DNA of 64,000 nucleotides from an uncultured archaeon (GTDB lineage Archaea; Aenigmatarchaeota; Aenigmatarchaeia; CG10238-14): NCBI GenBank assembly GCA_964392445.1, contig CAYMPD010000002.1, positions 37,037 to 101,036 of the forward strand, read 5' to 3'. Shown piece by piece: positions 57,736 to 64,000 of this stretch (position 1 is its first letter; each line of letters starts with the position of its first letter). The notes under the pieces were generated by a model. It saw only the letters and a program-made list of their open reading frames with translations, ran no database searches and was not told where the DNA came from. The position numbers and the translations under genes were made by a program.

Positions 57736-59178
57736 CTATCCCTCCAACAACCCTCTCACAATTGGGTGAGCTTCTTCTGTTCTTTCATTCTTTAATTGTT
57801 CATAGAACTGATATATAATTGTTACGGTCAACAAAATTCCAGTTCCTGTTCCCAAAGCACCAGTAAAGTCGGCAAAAGCAGCAAGTAATCCAATCGCCGC
57901 ACCACCTAAAACCGCCAATGGTGGAATATATTTATTTAAAACTCTTTTAATAATTTTAGGACTTTTTCTGTATCCGGGAATTTGCATCCCAATCGAAATT
58001 AATTGATCGGCTATACTTTCAGCGTCCATACCGGACGTACTTATCCAAAAAACAGAAAACAAAACACAGGCAACAACCATGAAAAAAAGATAAATAAAAG
58101 CCCTCAAAAATTCACTTGGTACGACTGTCCCTGAAATTATTTCAGCTAATAAACCTCTAGGCGCTGACAAGTAATAAACCACACCACTTACAGCCTGACT
58201 TCCACTAGAAGTGTCTTCAACACACCCCAAAATACCACATTTTAAGTTAGGGTTAGTTAAAGTCGGTTTAGCGGTCATAGTTCCCATGAGTGTTAACATT
58301 GATAGTAGAGCCGCAGATAGAATAACGGGGATATTGCTCGTATAAAACAATTTCAATTCCCATCTTCTACCAAAACCTCTGACCGCTGAGAAAGTCAAAG
58401 GTATCTCAACAGCTATACCTTGTGCATAAATAATAATGAAAAACACCAAAGCTGTGGTTATGAGCGGTATTAAAGGAGTCAATACCTGATAAAAATTACC
58501 GTTTGCAAGATACAATAAAACAGCCCAAACACGACCAATGGGCGGATTTCCAGCCGATGGCAGCGTGCAACCAGTGCCACCACCCACACAAGGACTAAAT
58601 AAAGATATAAAAATCGTACTAATAACACCTGCGGCAATAAAAAGACTTATTCCTGATCCTATTCCATACTTACTAACAATTTCATCAAGAAACATAACTA
58701 TAAGACCTCCTATACCGAGTTGGATAACAACTATGAAGATTGTTGAAAAGTTGTTATTTACGGGCTTTACAGCACCTCCAAGCACAAAAGCAACAGACAT
58801 CAAAAAACAGAAAAGTATCGCTAGGACTTTCTGAGTGACTTCATGTTTTCTTTTATCTTCCTCATCATTCATATCCCAGTCGATGATCTGTGCACCAACC
58901 AGCAGCTGAAGTATAATCGAAGAGTTAACCAAAGGAGCAATACCAACCGTCATTAAGGTCCCAAAAGACGAACCAAAAAGCATTGCTATGTTCTGAAATT
59001 GAGATGATAATTCAGGAGAAACACCATAAACATGACCAAACAACTGGGAAGAAAGTAGGAAATAAACAACTAAAGTAAGCCCTGTCCACATCAACTTCTT
59101 GTTCAAAGATAGTTTATACACAGGTTTCTTAACTGTAGGCAAATACTTTGCCAGTTTTGTTATATCAAAACTAACCAT
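57736..59178 (-). CDS. secY: Preprotein translocase SecY
   Basis: LMTVGIAPLV.SSIILQLL.G, KYGIGSGISLFIA, LFYTSNIPVIL, IPGYR, GTGILLTV.I. Confidence 0.97.
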   Translation of the reverse strand: MVSFDITKLAKYLPTVKKPVYKLSLNKKLMWTGLTLVVYFLLSSQLFGHVYGVSPELSSQFQNIAMLFGSSFGTLMTVGIAPLVNSSIILQLLVGAQIIDWDMNDEEDKRKHEVTQKVLAILFCFLMSVAFVLGGAVKPVNNNFSTIFIVVIQLGIGGLIVMFLDEIVSKYGIGSGISLFIAAGVISTIFISLFSPCVGGGTGCTLPSAGNPPIGRVWAVLLYLANGNFYQVLTPLIPLITTALVFFIIIYAQGIAVEIPLTFSAVRGFGRRWELKLFYTSNIPVILSAALLSMLTLMGTMTAKPTLTNPNLKCGILGCVEDTSSGSQAVSGVVYYLSAPRGLLAEIISGTVVPSEFLRAFIYLFFMVVACVLFSVFWISTSGMDAESIADQLISIGMQIPGYRKSPKIIKRVLNKYIPPLAVLGGAAIGLLAAFADFTGALGTGTGILLTVTIIYQFYEQLKNERTEEAHPIVRGLLEG

Positions 59179-59179
59179 T

Positions 59180-59623
59180 TTATCCAACCACTCTTGCTTT
59201 ACCTTTAGCCTCTTCTATTTTTTTAACCGCAGATTCAGAAAAAGATTTCGCTTCAACTATCATTTTGTGAGTGACTTTTCCCGTACCTAATAATTTATCA
59301 TAACCTAATTCCTTGAGATTAACAATAATGAACCCCTTTTCTTTTTGAATTTTACCTTCTTCTAATAACTTTTTTATCTGTGAGTCCAGTTGCTTGACAT
59401 TGATAACTTTGGTGTCTTTGGTTACCTTTTGAGGTCTTTTAAATCCTCTCTTACCATAGTGGCCTTTCATATACTTTATAGATGTCATTCTTTTGTGTTT
59501 GTGTAAGCCTGCCTTTCCTCTCCCCCCTCTACTACCCGCTCCCCTATGCTTCTTCTGACTACCATACCCAGGACTCCTATGACCCCTTTTCTTAGTTATT
59601 TTCTTCTTTTTTCTTACTACCAT
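59180..59623 (-). CDS. rpl15: 50S ribosomal protein L15 (uL15)
   Basis: G.G..KKHRGAG.RGGRG.AG..KHK, GK.GF, KLLG.G. Confidence 0.95.
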   Translation of the reverse strand: MVVRKKKKITKKRGHRSPGYGSQKKHRGAGSRGGRGKAGLHKHKRMTSIKYMKGHYGKRGFKRPQKVTKDTKVINVKQLDSQIKKLLEEGKIQKEKGFIIVNLKELGYDKLLGTGKVTHKMIVEAKSFSESAVKKIEEAKGKARVVG

Positions 59624-59776
59624 ATTTATCACAAGTCTCTATATTCTTGTTTAGTAAAGTTTATTAAAGTTATTACTGGTGATATTTTTAAGGTAATCGA
59701 TGGAGATTTTAGGTTTTTTAAGGTCTATTATTTGATAAAATGAAAGCTCATATACTTGAAAAATCTACTTATATTA

Positions 59777-59905
59777 ATGATACTGGAAATTGACCCAGAA
59801 GTTGAAAAGGAATTCCGAGAAAACGCTATTAGAGTATATGGTAATTCAGAAGACCCTTTAAAAAAAGCTATGGAAGTTGCAATTAAAAGATGGATTGAAA
59901 AGTAG
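59777..59905 (+). CDS. Orphan RHH/antitoxin-like mini-protein
   Basis: Manual translation MILEIDPEVEKEFRENAIRVYGNSEDPLKKAMEVAIKRWIEK; same pattern as vapB; antisense to the operon. Confidence 0.5.
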   Translation: MILEIDPEVEKEFRENAIRVYGNSEDPLKKAMEVAIKRWIEK

Positions 59906-59931
59906 CGGAAACTAAGAAAAACCAATAAAGA

Positions 59932-60390
59932 CTAAACCATTCTTTCTAACAACTCATTAATTTTGTCTTTTCTATTTCCCAAATCACCTTTAGGATAAGA
60001 TCTTCTAGTACTTTTAAACCCTTTTCTTGGCGGATTCAACCTAAAAACAGGCTTAATTTCAGGAAAATCCTTCAATTTAACCTTACCCTTCATTAAATCT
60101 TTAACAAATTTATCAAAAGAATCATACTTAGTCATTTTTTTTAACATTTTTTCATCCAATTTTTTCTCACCAGTTAACATGCCCCTTTCTTCAAACAATT
60201 TCACAGCCGTCTTTTGATCAATTTCACCCCAGGTAACCATATCTTTAAGCTTTCTTAACATCCCTAAATATTCAGGACTTTCAGGAACAAGAACACAATG
60301 ATTAACTCGATGAAGTCTAAGCATACCAAGAGTGTCTTCTATTTCTTTTTTAACATCCACTCTTCCTTTAATTCTTATAACCGCGTACAA
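59932..60390 (-). CDS. rpl30: 50S ribosomal protein L30 (uL30)
   Basis: TTG start; YAVIRIKG, L.MLRLHR.NH, VTWGEI, FRLNPPRKGF, GDLG.R...IN.LL.RM. Confidence 0.95.
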   Translation of the reverse strand: MYAVIRIKGRVDVKKEIEDTLGMLRLHRVNHCVLVPESPEYLGMLRKLKDMVTWGEIDQKTAVKLFEERGMLTGEKKLDEKMLKKMTKYDSFDKFVKDLMKGKVKLKDFPEIKPVFRLNPPRKGFKSTRRSYPKGDLGNRKDKINELLERMV

Positions 60391-60391
60391 T

Positions 60392-61096
60392 CTATTCACC
60401 TGTCTTATAATTATGAAGATTCTTAAGAGCATAAAATGTGGCTTTAACAAGGTTATATCTAGCTTTAGCATTTCCCAAAGTTTTTATCCAGACATCTTCC
60501 ACACCCGCAAATCTCAAAAGCTTTTTATTTTCTTCGCTTACAGCTAAACCAATCCCCTTGGGTGATGGCAATAATGTAACCCGAACAGATCCGGATTTCC
60601 CATGGGTTTTATAAGGAATTGAATGGTCTTCACCACAATCACATTCCCATGAACCACAATGTCTAGGAACAAGAATCAAGTTGATCTTAGCTTTTTTAAT
60701 CGCTTTTTGTATTGCTGATCTACCATCACTCCCTTTCCCTTTCCCTATTCCTATTACTCCGTCCCCATTCCCAACTACAGCAAAAGAACTGTATTGGTAT
60801 CTTCTACCTGATCTATGCATCTTCGCACTTACTCTAACTGGTGTTCTTTCTATTCCTCCACCCTTACCAGGTCTTCCACCAATTAAAATTAAATCACTCT
60901 TTAAGTCTGGGATAAGAAAATCAGTAATTTCCGGTTCTTTGATTTTAATACCTTTTTTAAGTATTTCTTTGATATCTTTAATTTTTCCACTAAGAACATC
61001 TTTTCCTAGTTGAGTTTTAGGTTTCCAGCCAGATAGTCTCTCGTCTAACCGTCTTTTCTTAGCTTTTGCCCTTCTGTTATCTTCTTTTAATCCCAT
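60392..61096 (-). CDS. rps5: 30S ribosomal protein S5 (uS5)
   Basis: WKPKTQLG..V, GGKPGKGG-like GGRPGKGGG, GRR..Y...AVVGNGDG, CGSWEC.C, GSVRV.L.P.P.G.GL. Confidence 0.96.
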   Translation of the reverse strand: MGLKEDNRRAKAKKRRLDERLSGWKPKTQLGKDVLSGKIKDIKEILKKGIKIKEPEITDFLIPDLKSDLILIGGRPGKGGGIERTPVRVSAKMHRSGRRYQYSSFAVVGNGDGVIGIGKGKGSDGRSAIQKAIKKAKINLILVPRHCGSWECDCGEDHSIPYKTHGKSGSVRVTLLPSPKGIGLAVSEENKKLLRFAGVEDVWIKTLGNAKARYNLVKATFYALKNLHNYKTGE

Positions 61097-61097
61097 A

Positions 61098-61649
61098 TTA
61101 TCCCTTCATTATTTTTTCCTTTATTTTTTTCCAATCTTTTGTCATGTTCGCAGGTTTAACCTTTGAAAATTGGGTCTTATCTTTATTTTCTTTTGAATAT
61201 TTAACAATATGTTCCCCTTTTATCCTTTTTTCTGATGGTAGAACTTCTTCTGAGCAAGGTATTTCTAATCCAGCGTCTATTCCACCCTTAATAACCGCGT
61301 ACAATCTTGAACCTTTAACGAGCTTTTGAGGGCCAAAGTCAACAACCACTTCTTTGATTTTCTTTTTCTTCGCCTTTTTACCTATTAACAAGCCTGTGAG
61401 ATATGCTGCAGGAATATTGGATGTCGAATGCTTCCACCCTAATTTCTCTAGTTCTTGTGTAGAAGCAGATACAATTGTTTTGTCACCTTCAGGATTATAT
61501 TTGATTATTTGAGTTTTAACATGTTTTAAGGACGTTCTTATCACCAATCTTGGTTTTCCCGATAGTAATAGCCCTAACCTTTTCTTGTAGTTTGTTTTCC
61601 CTTCAAACCTTCTTTTAAAAGGCATTTTGTATCTAGGTCCTTCCTTCAT
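61098..61649 (-). CDS. rpl18: 50S ribosomal protein L18 (uL18)
   Basis: GPRYK.PF.RR.EGKTNY, KPRLVIR.S, N.PAAYLTGLL.G. Confidence 0.96.
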   Translation of the reverse strand: MKEGPRYKMPFKRRFEGKTNYKKRLGLLLSGKPRLVIRTSLKHVKTQIIKYNPEGDKTIVSASTQELEKLGWKHSTSNIPAAYLTGLLIGKKAKKKKIKEVVVDFGPQKLVKGSRLYAVIKGGIDAGLEIPCSEEVLPSEKRIKGEHIVKYSKENKDKTQFSKVKPANMTKDWKKIKEKIMKG

Positions 61650-62070
61650 CTATTATCCCTCTTTGCTCTAAATAAAGTCTTAAGTGGCTTCTATTCCTGA
61701 AAGCACCACTTTTAGCCTGTAAATATAATTTTCTGTAAGTTTTAACATCTATTTTCTCTTCTTCTCTTAATTTTTTCAGCATTCTTCTCAGTGGTCGAAT
61801 TGTATTCATCCACTTCTCCTTCTTTGGTCTCCTCGCTCCTTTGGCACCTTTTCTACTCCCAGGTCCCTTTTTCCTCTTTTTCTTGGGTTTAGGTCTTTTT
61901 ATCTTCTCTTTTTTGGCTTTTATGTACCCGTGGTTTATCATTCTTCTGACATCTGCTCTGGTTATAGCACCTTTAACCTCATCCAAATGACTAGGATTTA
62001 TCCAAACTCGGGTCTCTCCTATTTTAAGTATCTCTGAGGCGAGTCTTTTTTGTAAACTTAATCCAGCCAT
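61633..62070 (-). CDS. rpl19e: 50S ribosomal protein L19e
   Basis: QKRLA..ILK.G..RVWI.P, GSRKG.KGAR, WM..IR.LRR.L. Confidence 0.96.
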   Translation of the reverse strand: MAGLSLQKRLASEILKIGETRVWINPSHLDEVKGAITRADVRRMINHGYIKAKKEKIKRPKPKKKRKKGPGSRKGAKGARRPKKEKWMNTIRPLRRMLKKLREEEKIDVKTYRKLYLQAKSGAFRNRSHLRLYLEQRGIIDEGRT

Positions 62071-62075
62071 TTTAA

Positions 62076-62417
62076 TCACGCGTTAAGTAATTTTATTTTC
62101 ATTTCCTTTGATTTTTTAACTATAATTTGCTTCTTTCTTTTACCAATTTTTGAGGACAATCTTCCTACCTGTTTTTTAGGGTTTATTTTTTCCAAATCTT
62201 TGATATTTTGGACATAAACTTCTTCTAATCCACAAGGATGTAATCCTCGTGTTTCTTTGGGTGCACGGTAGCCTACACTTGGCCATTTACCCTTTGATTT
62301 CTCTTTCTTTCTGAGTTTACTATCTGTACCTCTAGGTTTTCTCCAACTATCTTTTACCTTTTTGAGATATCCTGATCCCTGTTTCTTGAACTTAGGCTTT
62401 TTTCTTGGATTAACCAT
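62076..62417 (-). CDS. rpl32e: 50S ribosomal protein L32e
   Basis: KKPKFK.Q, WRKPRG.DSK.R, VGYRAP...RGLHP.G. Confidence 0.96.
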   Translation of the reverse strand: MVNPRKKPKFKKQGSGYLKKVKDSWRKPRGTDSKLRKKEKSKGKWPSVGYRAPKETRGLHPCGLEEVYVQNIKDLEKINPKKQVGRLSSKIGKRKKQIIVKKSKEMKIKLLNA

Positions 62418-62946
62418 TCCCTTCACCTGTAAAGTAAATTCCATCCTGAAATATTCTTCTGTCCTTACCCACTATTCTGCAAGATTGTTCAATATTTCCC
62501 ATTGTTTGACCGACTTCTTCCTTATTTATCCCGGTTAGGGTTACATCTTTGCCATTAACTTGGACTTGAGTATCACCAACAATCTTAGCTATCCTCGGCT
62601 TCTTTTCTCCGATAAAGTTATTGATTAGAACTTTATCTCCTTGAACCTTGACGCTCACAGGGAAGTGGGAATAAACGACCTTCATATTGTAAGTATAACC
62701 TTTTTTAACACCTTTAATTATGTTTTGAGTATGAGCAACTATAGTTCCTACCATCCCTTTAACTTTTCTTCTTTCACTTTCTGAAGAAATTAAAATTTTA
62801 TTATCTTTCTTTTTGATCTTGATGTCGTGAAAATGTTTGAAAGTTCTTTCTACCTGACCTTTTTCTCCAGATACCTTTACAGTCTTCCCATCTATTTCCA
62901 CGTTAACTCCTTCTGGTATCTCTACTTCCTTTTCCATAATCATCAC
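62410..62946 (-). CDS. rpl6: 50S ribosomal protein L6 (uL6)
   Basis: VEIPEGV, V.G.KG...R.F, YSHFP, NF.GEK.PR, D.RIFQDGIY. Confidence 0.96.
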   Translation of the reverse strand: MMIMEKEVEIPEGVNVEIDGKTVKVSGEKGQVERTFKHFHDIKIKKKDNKILISSESERRKVKGMVGTIVAHTQNIIKGVKKGYTYNMKVVYSHFPVSVKVQGDKVLINNFIGEKKPRIAKIVGDTQVQVNGKDVTLTGINKEEVGQTMGNIEQSCRIVGKDRRIFQDGIYFTGEGNG

Positions 62947-63333
62947 CTAGAACACATAAACAAGTAGCTTTCCTCCTATTTTTTGTTTTTTAGCCTTTTC
63001 GTGTGTTATAACACCTTTACTTGTCGTGAGTACCAGTATACCAAATCCTTTTGCTGGTAAAAATCTTTTTTCAAACTCTTCTAGTTCATCATACTTAACA
63101 GAATATCTGGGTTTTATTACATTACACTTGTTAATTCTTTTCTTGAGTTCAATCTTAAACTTCCCAGATTTCCCATCATCTATAAACTCAAAGACACCTA
63201 TGTACTTATTTTTCTGCATAATTTTCAGTACTTCTTTTGCTAGATTCGAGGCAGGAGTAATACAACTATCCTTTCCCACCATCTCGGCATTTTTTATCGT
63301 TATCATCACGTCAGCTAACGTATCTTGTCTCAT
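62947..63333 (-). CDS. rps8: 30S ribosomal protein S8 (uS8)
   Basis: D.LAD....IKNAE, PAS.L...VL, I.PR.SV, LP...G.L.LTTS.GV..H. Confidence 0.96.
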   Translation of the reverse strand: MRQDTLADVMITIKNAEMVGKDSCITPASNLAKEVLKIMQKNKYIGVFEFIDDGKSGKFKIELKKRINKCNVIKPRYSVKYDELEEFEKRFLPAKGFGILVLTTSKGVITHEKAKKQKIGGKLLVYVF

Positions 63334-63517
63334 TTGTTCACCTAACCAACTACATTTTATTAACTACTAAAGTTTATTAAGGTTTCTAATTATGTCTTCT
63401 AGAACGTAGGTTTTGTGAAGGCTAGAATATTATTGCTTGAGAGTATTTAAATATGTTAAAATAAACCACAATCAATTATATTTCTTTAATCTAACTATTA
63501 TTCTTAGAAATTGTTTC

Positions 63518-63607
63518 GGGGTAATCGGCTAGTTTGGACTAGGCTTCAAGCATGGGGACTAGTCGGCCAGAGCGCTTGCGACCTGGGTTCAAATCCCAGT
63601 TACCCCA
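63518..63607 (+). tRNA. tRNA-Pro(GGG) with 15-nt intron (63558-63572)
   Basis: GGGGTAA/TTACCCC-A acceptor, CAAGC/GCTTG anticodon stem, AT GGG G|intron|C loop, CTGGG-TTCAAAT-CCCAG T-arm. Confidence 0.82.
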
Positions 63608-63779
63608 CTTTGGACTTGAAATCCAAATCTGTTTGTCCCCACTGTACCCCAAATCACAAATACCTGCTATATTCTGGTTTGGAATGCTCATAAGTTTCGA
63701 TTATGGCGAGAAAAGTAGGTTAATTCCAATTTTTAACAAGGGAAAGTCTTTTTAACAAAGGAAATTCTTAATTAATGAT

Positions 63780-63932
63780 ATGAAATGGTATAGATATCTA
63801 GCTATTTTGCAGATAATTTTACTTTTAACTCCCCTTATTCTAGCACAGGAAAAAATAGATATGGATTTTAGATATTACAAAGGAAACTCTACTGGGTTGT
63901 TGTACGATTATTTGGGGAAGGAAAATATATAA
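63780..63932 (+). CDS. Short signal-peptide ORF, possibly truncated or pseudogenised
   Basis: MKWYRYLAILQIILLLTPLILAQEK..., stop after 50 aa. Confidence 0.35.
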   Translation: MKWYRYLAILQIILLLTPLILAQEKIDMDFRYYKGNSTGLLYDYLGKENI

Positions 63933-64000
63933 GAACACAAACAAAAGACTGTGGGACAAAAATAGTTAATCAATCTTCCAACACAATGACATAAGCCCTG

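Noticed and set aside
63511-63755. ORFs 63511-63693 and 63552-63755
   Set aside because: They overlap tRNA-Pro and have no coding signal.

Overview
AT-rich window from an archaeal genome, probably a small-genome DPANN archaeon (inferred from archaeal r-proteins, Cbf5, NurA, archaeosortase, BHB-intron tRNAs, and loss of adk/cmk from the spc/secY operon). Layout: (1) 1-20.5 kb, a cluster of modular Cys-rich secreted/surface proteins built from shuffled domains, with two paralogous genes sharing a perfect 326-bp tract; (2) 20.5-21.6 kb, a coupled three-gene module of two small paralogues plus a His/Cys caspase/gingipain-fold protease; (3) 21.8-41.9 kb, housekeeping genes (topA, MFS, archaeosortase, DUF460, Hef split into helicase and XPF nuclease with a 554-aa intein at the ERK active-site motif, porB, thrC, ychF, pilin, metG, nurA); (4) 41.9-53.4 kb, a variable region with an IS481-like relic, ORFans and a 5.4-kb integrase-less islet bounded by a 15-bp duplication of the tRNA-Ser 3' end, carrying a high-GC bacterial/phage-like operon with two tRNAs and a Pro/Thr-repeat lipoprotein; (5) 53.5-63.3 kb, the ribosomal protein/secY operon interrupted by toxin-antitoxin cassettes, one flanked by an exact 75-bp duplication of the rpl34e 3' end; (6) intron-containing tRNA-Pro. 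No CRISPR array, rRNA, integrase or reverse transcriptase was seen. All calls come from motif reading and manual comparison; no database searches were run.
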